Below are positions 21,236 to 30,387 of a DNA stretch of 64,000 nt, piece by piece. Below the pieces are notes generated by a model. The model was given only the letters and a program-made list of their open reading frames with translations. It made no database searches and had not been told where the DNA came from. Origin of the DNA: Candidatus Micrarchaeia archaeon (GTDB taxonomy: Archaea; Micrarchaeota; Micrarchaeia; Burarchaeales; Fermentimicrarchaeaceae); assembly GCA_038871515.1 (NCBI GenBank), contig JAVZHX010000002.1:207847-271846 (forward strand), read 5' to 3'. Position numbers and translations under genes: made by a program. The number at the start of each line of letters is the position of its first letter. Position 1 is the stretch's first letter.

Positions 21236-22543
21236 TTAGAGGGAGTTAATAAGTTTTGCCTTTTCCATCGCACTTTTTATGCATGCAGCCATGTTCATGT
21301 ATTTGAACTCAGCAAACCTACCGCAGGAAACAATTCCCCTGCTTCTCAGGAATTTGAAAACTTTTGAGGTGTTTCTGTTGTAATTCAAATCGTATATTAT
21401 GTAAGCATACTCAGTTTTTCTGATGTTTTTGTAGCACACCTCAGAGCTTTTGAGGAAGCCAAGTTTCTCCAAATCCCTTATCACTTCATTCATAATTCTC
21501 TCATCGCTCTTCTTGAGAAGTGGGTCGTTTGGAAGGCAGGTTATCTCAGCAAGTATTGAGGATTTTCCCTCAGGCGTCACATATGGGGAGAAGTTGAAAG
21601 GAAAGCTCAATCTGTTGAACTCCCCATCCTCCTCAGAAGGTATGTACATCCAAGAGATGTTGTTGATTTTGGGCTTGTCAATGCCAATCATCACAGTTAT
21701 CAATGAATTGTATTTCAAATTGTTTTTTGCTTTCATAACTTCTTTTGGAACTCCTTCCATTGAATCTATTAAATCAGGAAGGGGCATGCACGAAATCAGT
21801 TTATCATACTCCCTCTCTTCCTTTCCGTTTGAAACGATGAATTTCCTTTCCTTTGAAACAGACTTCACTTCAAAGTTGTATGTTATTCTGTCTTTCAGCT
21901 TCTCCTCCATTGGCTTGACAAGCGCGTTTATTCCTCCGTGAATTGGGTAGTAGAAGAATAAATTCTGGTGGTAACCCTCTGTTCTTATACCAAGAGAGGA
22001 TTTTATTATATCCTCTGCAGGTGGCATTGGTATTCCTGCTGCAAGCCACTCCAAAGAAAGCTTCTCGGGTGGATAGTTCCAGATTTTCTTGTTGTACGGA
22101 ATTAAGTATTTCTCAGTTATTCCCTTCCCAAAAGTGTAATACATCCACTCCCTGAAGTTTCTCGGTTTTTTCAGCTTTCCCTTGCTCCTCTCAATCAGGT
22201 TCTGTATAAATGTTAATAAGCACTCGTAGTTATCCTGCAAAGGTAAATCGGACAAACCATTCTCAAATGGGTATTTCACAAGCTTTCCCTTGAAAAGAAT
22301 TTTTGAGTTCCTTTTCTTCTTCCTCCAGTTCCCCCTCAGGAGTTTTCTGTATAGCTTGAAAACTTCCTCATCCTTTGTGAATATAACGTGGGAACCTCCG
22401 TAGTCAAATGTAAATCCCTTCTCTTGTAAACTTCTGCACAAACCGCCACATTCGGAGTTCTTTTCAAGTATTTCGAAATCCTTTTTCAGATGGTAACCAA
22501 GTGTTAAGCCGCTCAAACCCCCTCCAAGAATTCCAATTTTCAT
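21236..22543 (-). CDS. FAD-dependent oxidoreductase, UDP-galactopyranose mutase / HemY-like family
   Basis: GGGLSGL, GGLCRS, DYGGSH, YPFEN, PYNKKIW, GRFAEFKY; lies in a glycosylation cluster. Confidence 0.75.
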   Translation of the reverse strand: MKIGILGGGLSGLTLGYHLKKDFEILEKNSECGGLCRSLQEKGFTFDYGGSHVIFTKDEEVFKLYRKLLRGNWRKKKRNSKILFKGKLVKYPFENGLSDLPLQDNYECLLTFIQNLIERSKGKLKKPRNFREWMYYTFGKGITEKYLIPYNKKIWNYPPEKLSLEWLAAGIPMPPAEDIIKSSLGIRTEGYHQNLFFYYPIHGGINALVKPMEEKLKDRITYNFEVKSVSKERKFIVSNGKEEREYDKLISCMPLPDLIDSMEGVPKEVMKAKNNLKYNSLITVMIGIDKPKINNISWMYIPSEEDGEFNRLSFPFNFSPYVTPEGKSSILAEITCLPNDPLLKKSDERIMNEVIRDLEKLGFLKSSEVCYKNIRKTEYAYIIYDLNYNRNTSKVFKFLRSRGIVSCGRFAEFKYMNMAACIKSAMEKAKLINSL

Positions 22544-22583
22544 AATACCGCCTCAAGTAGTATATTTGAGGGGCGGTTTAAAA

Positions 22584-22639
22584 TATTGCTCATTGTAATG
22601 AGCAATAATGCGTAATATTGCTCAATATAATAAGCAATA
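22584..22639. promoter_or_regulatory. Tandem pair of palindromic operator-like sites
   Basis: TATTGCTCATT-gt-AATGAGCAATA (perfect) and TATTGCTCAATATAATAAGCAATA, period 32 bp. Confidence 0.6.
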
Positions 22640-22714
22640 GTGAGTGTCAGGGGGGCTTGGTTATTGTCCTGCCGTAGAACAATATTTCGGTATTTCTGTT
22701 CTGCAGCAGAACAA

Positions 22715-24718
22715 TTATTTAACTCTGTAAATTCTCACCTCTCCCTCCTCCCTCACAAGCTCCAGGAAGGGTATTTCGGATTGGGTGAACATTAGGTTGA
22801 AGAAAACTCTTTTCCTTGTTTCAGATGGAATTCTTATGGATGCGTCTGAGAAAATGCAGAGAAAATCATCTGTTAGTTCCGCGTCAGGGAGGTTTGTTTT
22901 GAAGTATTGTATCTGAGAGGTTTGCTGGTTGAAAACGCCTATTTCCTTATAGTAAACCTTTCTCCCTCCTGGGTATTCATCCCAAGCAACTCCTGAAACT
23001 GGGTTGTAGTATGTGGTGAACTTGTTGCTGAATTTTATTAAATACAGATTGCCTTGTTTCACTGGATAGCTGATTTGAAAGGTGATTTTCTCATCCATGA
23101 AGTTCTCAGCAATTTTTATTTTTGTCAATAACCCTCTGTTCACAATCACGTAGCTCACGTTGTATTTTCTTATTATCTTCTTTGCCTCCTCCCAGCTGTC
23201 TGTTCCAAAAAATGTGATTGAATCCTGAAGCCTTCCGGGAGGCTGGTTGTTCACAACTGTTTTCCTCTCAGCAACTGCGTTAATCCAGGGGGAGTAATCC
23301 CACCAGTTGAGCACAACTGCGTCAGAGGGGGAGTTTTCCTTCAACCAGGTGAGGGAGGAATACCACTCATCGGAGATTGATGAGAAAAGTATTGGGAGGG
23401 GAAGAAGCAGGAAAGCGGAGAGGAGCATAACTGGTATGAAAGCATCCTTTTTCAGTATCCCAGTTATTGTTTCTGAAAGCCTGTTGAGGAAGTAAGCTGC
23501 AAAAATTGAAACAAAAAAGCCAAAGTACTGGAGGAATCGTATTGCAGAGGAAGCAAGAAAGAGAAGTATAACGAAGCAGGTGAGAAGGAAAACTGTCTCT
23601 CTTTTGAACTCCTTCTGGTAGGTGAGAAACACTCCCAAGCCGAGAAGGAAAGGAAGGAGCTGGTTTCCGTAGTTCTGCGAGATGTAGTAGAAGTCAGGTG
23701 TCTGTAATTCTGCAACGTATTCAAGCTCCATTCCCCTCTCCCTTAACCCAATGTAGGTTAAGCCTGCCTCCACAATCCAGCTCCTGAAGAGGAGTAATGG
23801 AGGAACGGAGAGGAGAAGGATGAGTGCAAGGAGAATGAGAGTTGCATTTTTGTTCTTCTCAATTTTTATTGAAAGGTATGAGAAGGCAGCTGAGAAGAAG
23901 CAGAGAGCGGAAATTGGTATGAGCTCTGCACCGTACCATGGTGCAGCAATAATCGAGAAGGTTGCTGAGAGAATAAAGAAGCCAAAAACCATGTTTCTGT
24001 CAAGCAGTTTCATGCGTGAGTGGAGGAATGAGCAGAGCAGCATGAAGGAGCAGAGCATTATAACAAGCATGGGAAAGCCGAGCCAGGTGAGAGCAAATAA
24101 AGCGGCTGATAAGCCGGCAAGCGCGTAGTAAAGAAACTTTGGCTTCTCCTCAACACGTGTTTTTTCCTTTGGCAGCTCAACCCATCCCTCACCGCCAAAA
24201 GTGTAGGAGGGTGGGGGAGAAGGTTGCTCCTCCTTTTTTATTGCTTTGACAAAGAAGAAGAAAGCGGAGAGGATGAAAACGTAGTCAAGCGCATCGTGGT
24301 CGCAGTAGCCGAAGTAGGTTGTTGCCTTGAAAGCAGGTATCAAGGAGAGCAAAAGCGCTGAGAGAAGGGCTGTCCTCTCATCAAAAAGCTCCCTTGCGAA
24401 AAGAAAGAGAAAAATAAGCGCAACTCCACCTGCAAGCATCGGGTAGAGCTGGGCAACTGTCAGCAAACTCACTCCTGGTATGTGGGCTGGGAGAGCAAGC
24501 AAGTAGTGAAGAAGCGGGGGGTAGATTATTTTTTCTCCCATGTTTGACAGAGGATCAAAGGAGGGGCGTGTTCCCTGTTCCAAAGTGTATTCAGCTATTC
24601 TGTAGTGATACCATGGGTCAAAATGCCTTAAGTATGGAGAGGTTTGGGTGGTGAAAACTGCTATAATTATTATGAGAATGGCAGTTATGGGAATTTCCTT
24701 CTTCATGCAACCACTCAT
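22715..24718 (-). CDS. aglB: STT3/AglB-like oligosaccharyltransferase
   Basis: FDPWYHYR, YPP, CDHD, VAEL (TIXE equivalent), about 13 TM, WLKENSP...LNWWDYS (WWDYG variant). Confidence 0.8.
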   Translation of the reverse strand: MSGCMKKEIPITAILIIIIAVFTTQTSPYLRHFDPWYHYRIAEYTLEQGTRPSFDPLSNMGEKIIYPPLLHYLLALPAHIPGVSLLTVAQLYPMLAGGVALIFLFLFARELFDERTALLSALLLSLIPAFKATTYFGYCDHDALDYVFILSAFFFFVKAIKKEEQPSPPPSYTFGGEGWVELPKEKTRVEEKPKFLYYALAGLSAALFALTWLGFPMLVIMLCSFMLLCSFLHSRMKLLDRNMVFGFFILSATFSIIAAPWYGAELIPISALCFFSAAFSYLSIKIEKNKNATLILLALILLLSVPPLLLFRSWIVEAGLTYIGLRERGMELEYVAELQTPDFYYISQNYGNQLLPFLLGLGVFLTYQKEFKRETVFLLTCFVILLFLASSAIRFLQYFGFFVSIFAAYFLNRLSETITGILKKDAFIPVMLLSAFLLLPLPILFSSISDEWYSSLTWLKENSPSDAVVLNWWDYSPWINAVAERKTVVNNQPPGRLQDSITFFGTDSWEEAKKIIRKYNVSYVIVNRGLLTKIKIAENFMDEKITFQISYPVKQGNLYLIKFSNKFTTYYNPVSGVAWDEYPGGRKVYYKEIGVFNQQTSQIQYFKTNLPDAELTDDFLCIFSDASIRIPSETRKRVFFNLMFTQSEIPFLELVREEGEVRIYRVK

Positions 24719-25752
24719 TTTATCCTGAACCTGAGGAGGGCAGCTATCCCAGATAACCCAGTTAGCTGCTTTCCTGCCTCGGTTTCTGAGGAGAATATGA
24801 AAACCTCTGCTTTCATTTTTTCTGCTTCCTCAACAATTCCTTCAACTTCCTTGTTTTTTCTTAGAAGCTCATCTGCGACGAGGAGCTTGGAAACTGCTTT
24901 GCACTCAACTGCATTTTTAACTTCATCAGCTCCGTAAACAGCAAGCCCTGTTTCCTTTGAGAGCTCTGCCATGAAGGTTTCAAGAAGTGAGAATTCCTCC
25001 TGCAGCCTCTGCTCTGCTGCAAGTTTGGAGAGCACTCCTTTTTTAAGAAGTTCGTAAACTCCTGTTTCCTCAGCTGTGCTGCACGATTCAAACGTGAGTT
25101 TGTTCAGCAATTCCTTGTCCCTTTCTGAGATGAATTTTTTGAGGTTATCCTTTGAGAAGCCAGGGCCTGCGACAACTATCCTGTTAACTTTCATCTCTTT
25201 AAGCTGTTTTGCTACATCGCCGAAAAACTGATTCCTTCTCTCATCAAATTTCTCATCTCCTTTTGAGAGGTTTATTTTAATCTCAGGCCCAAAATCAACT
25301 CCGTATTCCCTCACTGTTGCGAAGAGGGCTTTTCCCTCATCAATTACGGTTATTCCAATCAGTGGTTTTCTTGAGCTTTCCTTTGCCCTCTCAATTCTCT
25401 GGAGCTGGTGGGTTTTCCATTGTTTTTTAATCTCAACTGGCTTCTCAAGCTCAATGTCAATTGTGTGGTATTTGCCAAGCTGAACGTATTCCTCAGGTCC
25501 CCCGCCAGTTATCTTGCCAGTCACCCTTAATTTGCTTGCGGATTTGCTGAATTCAATTTTTTCTGCTTGCAGTTCAACGTGAACCTTCTTCCTCTCCTCC
25601 TCTCCTTCTTCTGGTTTGAAGGCTCTTGTGGAGGTGGAGGAGATAACATCGCCTGGTTCAAGCACCCTCTCAAGGTGCCATAAATCCTCCAGCACCTCAG
25701 GTATCAGTTTCATAATCCCTTCTTTCTTTTCAAAGCTGAGAATTTTCATCAA
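24715..25752 (-). CDS. pelA: Pelota (Dom34) ribosome rescue factor
   Basis: PEVLEDLWHL, LRVTGKI, GKYHTIDI, AGPGFSK, YGADEV, SGIAALLRF. Confidence 0.95.
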   Translation of the reverse strand: MMKILSFEKKEGIMKLIPEVLEDLWHLERVLEPGDVISSTSTRAFKPEEGEEERKKVHVELQAEKIEFSKSASKLRVTGKITGGGPEEYVQLGKYHTIDIELEKPVEIKKQWKTHQLQRIERAKESSRKPLIGITVIDEGKALFATVREYGVDFGPEIKINLSKGDEKFDERRNQFFGDVAKQLKEMKVNRIVVAGPGFSKDNLKKFISERDKELLNKLTFESCSTAEETGVYELLKKGVLSKLAAEQRLQEEFSLLETFMAELSKETGLAVYGADEVKNAVECKAVSKLLVADELLRKNKEVEGIVEEAEKMKAEVFIFSSETEAGKQLTGLSGIAALLRFRIK

Positions 25753-25840
25753 AGGAAATTAAGATAAGGAAGTATTAAAATCAATTATCATGTATGTAAC
25801 CATGGTTACAATTGGGGAGAACTTGAATGTTTTTGGGCGC

Positions 25841-27112
25841 TTAATTAATTCCAAAAAGAAGTAATTTCCAGGCAGGCACTACGTATATGCCATCTATTTT
25901 CTCCTCTTTTTCAAAATCAACAATAAATGCTTTCTTCACTTTCCTGCCGAATTTTTGAATGAATCTTCTCAATTGCTTGAGCTTTATGCTTTCACTTTTA
26001 ACTTCTATTGGGATAACTCTCCCATCTTCAACCAGCACGAAGTCTATTTCATATCCGTCTTTATAGAAAAATTTTGCGTTTGTTTTCAGAAGCACCAGAT
26101 TCTCCAGCAAAGCAGGCATAATCCTCTCAGTTTTTTCATTTAAAGCAAATGGTATATTCGGGGTGACAAAATAAACTTTCTTCAATTTTCGCAGACTTGC
26201 CAATGGGCTGCCTCTATAGTTAAAAACAAATTTTATCAGAAAGCTGAACTGCAGGTATTCAAAATAGTTTGAAATCGTTCTCTGATCTCTGCCAAGGTTT
26301 TTTGCGATTTCTTTGTAGTTAAGCAGCACGCCGGGGTTTTTCCCAAGAAGAAACACCAAGTTTTTCAATAGTTCCAAATCCTTTATTTTAAACTCCTCTG
26401 GCAAATCCTTGTAGATTATTCTTTCTACAACATTATTTATTATGTACTTCTTTGCTGCCTCTTCATCCTCCTCATTAACGAGCTCTGGGAAAGTGCCAAA
26501 TTTTAGATATGTGTGGAAGAGCGGTATGATTCTTCTCTTCCATATTTCGGGTTTCTCTTTTATTTTTCTCACATCCTCTCCTTTCAGCTCCAGAAACTCC
26601 TCAAAGCTCAATGGCTCTGCTGTGAAGTCGAATACTCTTCCAGCTAGGCTCTCCTTTGCTTTTTTCCTTAAACTCACTGAAGCTGAGCCGGATATTATGA
26701 ACTTTAAGTTTGGGTATAAATCATAATACACTTTGATTTTATTCTCCCAGTCATCAACCTTTTGAATTTCATCCAAGAAGAGGTAGATTCTTTCTTTTGA
26801 CTCATCAAATGCTCTGCCAAGCACCTGCCTCTGGTAAGTTTCCATAACTTCCTTCAAATCAAATGCAATTTCATCAAAAGAGAAGTAAAGGATGTTTTTG
26901 GGTTGTGTTTTGCTCAGTAGTTCCTGTATGAGCTGGAACATAAGGGTGGTTTTGCCCATCCTTCTTAATCCCTGGATTAGAAGCACCTGCCGTTTGTTTA
27001 TGTATTTTAAAAGTTCAAAATAGATTTTTCTTTTGTATGGTTTAAGCCAATCTTCTTTTACGGTACCGGTTCTCCACCACGGATTGAACTTCTCGATTTC
27101 TTCAAGGTCCAT
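25841..27112 (-). CDS. AAA+ ATPase (COG1373; AAA_14 + DUF4143)
   Basis: NPWW, GLRRMGKT, FLDEIQ, SGS, ESLAGR, PLSFEEF, LLEN, EIDFV...IEVK. Confidence 0.9.
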   Translation of the reverse strand: MDLEEIEKFNPWWRTGTVKEDWLKPYKRKIYFELLKYINKRQVLLIQGLRRMGKTTLMFQLIQELLSKTQPKNILYFSFDEIAFDLKEVMETYQRQVLGRAFDESKERIYLFLDEIQKVDDWENKIKVYYDLYPNLKFIISGSASVSLRKKAKESLAGRVFDFTAEPLSFEEFLELKGEDVRKIKEKPEIWKRRIIPLFHTYLKFGTFPELVNEEDEEAAKKYIINNVVERIIYKDLPEEFKIKDLELLKNLVFLLGKNPGVLLNYKEIAKNLGRDQRTISNYFEYLQFSFLIKFVFNYRGSPLASLRKLKKVYFVTPNIPFALNEKTERIMPALLENLVLLKTNAKFFYKDGYEIDFVLVEDGRVIPIEVKSESIKLKQLRRFIQKFGRKVKKAFIVDFEKEEKIDGIYVVPAWKLLLFGIN

Positions 27113-27139
27113 ATAGAAGTTATGAATAATTAAGTTTTT

Positions 27140-27202
27140 AAATTTAATTACGTTGTAATGTCATTAAAAGTCAAATTTAGTTACATTATGATGTAATTAA
27201 AA
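27140..27202. promoter_or_regulatory. Paired quasi-palindromic operator sites upstream of ATPase
   Basis: AAATTTAATTACGTTGTAATGTCATTAAAA and AAATTTAGTTACATTATGATGTAATTAAAA, period 33 bp, next to a TATA-like TTTAAA. Confidence 0.55.
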
Positions 27203-27394
27203 TATAGCCTACGACGAGAGGTTGCAGGTGAGTATGTAACCATGGTTACATAAGAAGCCAACGCTGTTTTAAGAAAGTGTCACAGCACATCGGTCGCTAT
27301 AGCCAAAAAGTGACCGATAGACTTTGGCAGATGAACCAGAGATTCAAAAGCAATAAGGTATAATATTTAGCGTTCAATAACTCTATTGATTTCC

Positions 27395-29155
27395 ATGGGA
27401 GTCAGAATTGCAATAGTTGACAGGGAGAAGTGCATAAAGGAGAAATGCGGCTATCTCTGCCAGAAGGTGTGCCCAGGGGTTAGAATGGGCGAGGAAACAA
27501 TCACCGTTGACTCCGAAGGCTTTCCAGTTATTTCAGAAACTCTCTGCACAGGCTGCGGGATATGTGTGAAGAAATGCCCTGTCAATGCGATAAAGGTTAT
27601 CAACCTCGCCCACGAGGCAGGCAAGCTCATCTTCCAATACGGGGTTAACTCATTCCGATTATACAACCTACCTCTCCCAAAAAAAGGAGCAGTTGTCGGT
27701 TTGATTGGCGCAAACGGGATTGGGAAAAGCACCGCGCTTGAGTTGCTCAGCGGCAGATTGAAACCAAATTTAGGAAACTACTCAAAGGAATCAAGCTGGG
27801 AAGAGATAATAAAGCAGTTCAAAGGTCAAGAGCTTCAGAACTACTTTGAATTGCTTAAAGAGAAAGGGGTGAAGGTTAGCTACAAACCTCAGATGATTGA
27901 CAGATTGCCAGAAGTTTTCAAGGAAACCGTAAAGGAATTCTTGAAGAGGAATGATGAAAGGAAGAAATTAAAAGAAGCAGTTGAAGAATTTGAACTCGAT
28001 GAGTGCTTTGAAAGGAGAATTGAGAACCTCAGCGGAGGGGAATTGCAGAGAGTTGCAATCTGCGCAACCTACCTGAAGGATGCGGATGTTTACTACTTTG
28101 ACGAGCCGAGCAGCTACCTTGACATCAAACAGCGCTTGAAAGTTGCAAAAATTTTGGAGAAGCTTGCAAAAGAAAAAGCAGTTATGGTTGTTGAGCACGA
28201 TTTGGCTGTGCTGGATTACCTGAGCGAATACGTGCACGTCTTCTACGGAGTGAGCGGAGCTTACGGGGTTGTTTCAAAATTAAAAGGAGTGAGGAATGGA
28301 ATCAACGAATTTTTAGCTGGCTATCTTAAGGAGGAGAACGTGAGGTTCAGAAAAACAGAGATAAGCTTCACCGCAACCAGCGCTGAAAGAAAAGGCGGGG
28401 AGGTGCTATTCCATTACGGGGGGATGGAGAAAAACTACCCTGGCTTCTCCCTGAAATGCTCAGAAGGAGACGTAAGGAAGGGAGAGGTGATTGGAATAAT
28501 CGGGCAGAACGCGATTGGAAAGTCGACCTTTGTTAAACTGCTTGCTGGAGTTGAGCAGCCAGATAAAGGAGAAGTGGAGCGGAAGTTAAGAGTTTCCTAC
28601 AAACCCCAGTACATCAAAACAGACTTTCGGGGAACAGTTAAAGAGTTAATTGATTCAACAGCCAACCTGAACAAAGACGTTTTTGAAAAAGAAGTCAAGG
28701 AAAGAATGGAAGTTGATGAGCTTATGGAGAAAAACGTGAAAAACCTCAGCGGAGGAGAGCTGCAGAGAGTTGCGATTGCGCTCTGCATCTCCCAGGAAGC
28801 GGATTTATATTTGCTTGATGAACCATCTGCTTTCCTTGACGTTGAGCAAAGATTGATTTTTGCAGATGTGCTTGGGAGAGTTATGAAAGGAACCGAGAGA
28901 AGCGCTTTTGTAGTTGACCACGACATCATACTCATCGACTCAGTTTCAGACAGGCTGATTGTTTTTCAGGGAAGAAGTGGTGTTGATGGTTTTGCTAACT
29001 CCCCAGAGGGAAAGAGAAGTGGGATGAACAGATTTCTGAAAGACGTCGGCGTCACTCTGAGAAGGGATAAGGATTCCTTGAGGCCAAGGGTTAACAAACC
29101 AGATTCAGTTATGGATAGGGAGCAGAAAGAAAAAGGGGAGTATTACTACGTTTAA
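27395..29155 (+). CDS. rli: ABCE1/RLI ribosome recycling ATPase
   Basis: N-terminal 4Fe-4S motif CTGCGICVKKCP, YGVNSFRLYNLP, two NBDs with LSGGELQR, RPRVNKPDSVMDREQK. Confidence 0.96.
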   Translation: MGVRIAIVDREKCIKEKCGYLCQKVCPGVRMGEETITVDSEGFPVISETLCTGCGICVKKCPVNAIKVINLAHEAGKLIFQYGVNSFRLYNLPLPKKGAVVGLIGANGIGKSTALELLSGRLKPNLGNYSKESSWEEIIKQFKGQELQNYFELLKEKGVKVSYKPQMIDRLPEVFKETVKEFLKRNDERKKLKEAVEEFELDECFERRIENLSGGELQRVAICATYLKDADVYYFDEPSSYLDIKQRLKVAKILEKLAKEKAVMVVEHDLAVLDYLSEYVHVFYGVSGAYGVVSKLKGVRNGINEFLAGYLKEENVRFRKTEISFTATSAERKGGEVLFHYGGMEKNYPGFSLKCSEGDVRKGEVIGIIGQNAIGKSTFVKLLAGVEQPDKGEVERKLRVSYKPQYIKTDFRGTVKELIDSTANLNKDVFEKEVKERMEVDELMEKNVKNLSGGELQRVAIALCISQEADLYLLDEPSAFLDVEQRLIFADVLGRVMKGTERSAFVVDHDIILIDSVSDRLIVFQGRSGVDGFANSPEGKRSGMNRFLKDVGVTLRRDKDSLRPRVNKPDSVMDREQKEKGEYYYV

Positions 29156-29721
29156 GCTTTCTTCTCAGCAATTATCATCCTAATCCCATCTCTCCCAACC
29201 CTGTCTGGCTGGATGAAGTTGAAGTTACCCATAAACTCCTTCAGCTGCTTCGCCTCTTCCTCAGAGAAGTTGCCAGTTATCAAAGCAATACCACCTGGCT
29301 TAAGCACCCTCTCTATTTCGTGCAAAGCGTGCTTCCTCTCGCTTGGCTTGTGAAGCTCAAGCACAAGAGTGCTTATCACCGCATCAAAAGAAGAATCTTG
29401 CACTGCAAGCTTCGTGCTGTCAGATAGAAGTGGGCGAACCTGAACTTTTTCAGCTCTTGCATTCTTTTTCAGAATCTCAAGCGCCTCATTTGAGAAATCA
29501 ATTGCAGTCACGTTGAAACCCTGCTTCGCAAGGAAAATAGAATTCCTCCCATACCCGCAACCAATATCCGCAACGTTCTTCACATCTCTCTCTTTCATAA
29601 GGGGAACGAACTTCACAACTGCCTCGCTTGGCTCCTTTTTCTCAGAGCCAAATATCCTTGCAAACTCCCCCCAAATAGCCTTCTCCTCTCCCTTCCTCTC
29701 AGCATTTTCAACCTTCCACAT
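29152..29721 (-). CDS. Class I SAM-dependent methyltransferase
   Basis: DIGCGYGRN, AIDFS, FDAVIS, RVLKPGG. Confidence 0.88.
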   Translation of the reverse strand: MWKVENAERKGEEKAIWGEFARIFGSEKKEPSEAVVKFVPLMKERDVKNVADIGCGYGRNSIFLAKQGFNVTAIDFSNEALEILKKNARAEKVQVRPLLSDSTKLAVQDSSFDAVISTLVLELHKPSERKHALHEIERVLKPGGIALITGNFSEEEAKQLKEFMGNFNFIQPDRVGRDGIRMIIAEKKA

Positions 29722-29752
29722 AGATTAATTTACTCAACTGCAGTATTTATAC

Positions 29753-30349
29753 TTACTCAATGAACTTCGCAACTGCTGTCCCGCCAGTCTGATTCAGAAT
29801 TAGTTTGATTGAGTGGTTTGCAAGCGGTGAGTTCCACCTCACCACCCAAACTGAGCGATACGTTGAGTTATTCTTTGGCTCGTAGTATGAATCATAGAAA
29901 GCAGCATCCACCCTCATATTCTCGTAACCAAATTCTCTTATAAATGAGTTAACCTCGGCGATATTATTCAGCTTGTGGGAGGCAATAACTGCCTCCTCAG
30001 GCATCACTATTCTGCAGTTTGGTATCCCCCTGCAGCCAAGCACCTCGCAGTCGCTTGTTATAACATTCTGCTCCCTTGGAACAAAACCAAACTTCGGGTA
30101 CTCATAAACAACAATTGATGTATTTGGGCAGGGCGTGCCTGCTCCATAGACAACCTTTGCAGTTATCTTCCAGCTCCCATCCTGCGGAGTGACAATAAAA
30201 ACGCTCGTCTCAGCTCCCTTGTAGTTAATCTGCATATGCTCCTTCACAAAACCAACCGCCTTCTCCTGAGTCATCTCCTCCTTCTGTTGAGCGCAGCCAG
30301 CAAGGAGGATAAGCACAACCAATGCAAGCGCAGCTGGTCGCATGCTCAA
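29753..30349 (-). CDS. Putative lipoprotein, unknown function
   Basis: N-terminal hydrophobic helix ending in lipobox LLAGC. Confidence 0.7.
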   Translation of the reverse strand: MSMRPAALALVVLILLAGCAQQKEEMTQEKAVGFVKEHMQINYKGAETSVFIVTPQDGSWKITAKVVYGAGTPCPNTSIVVYEYPKFGFVPREQNVITSDCEVLGCRGIPNCRIVMPEEAVIASHKLNNIAEVNSFIREFGYENMRVDAAFYDSYYEPKNNSTYRSVWVVRWNSPLANHSIKLILNQTGGTAVAKFIE

Positions 30350-30387
30350 CTAATCACAACAGGAGTATAAAAAGATAACGGCGGATA

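Larger units (their letters stand above)
25792..27250. repeat. Identical 19-bp direct repeats with palindromic core flanking an ATPase gene
   Basis: GTATGTAACCATGGTTACA at 25792-25810 and 27232-27250. Confidence 0.85.

Noticed and set aside
22584-27250. Intergenic repeats as a mini-CRISPR
   Set aside because: Only two copies each, no unique spacers of regular length and no cas genes
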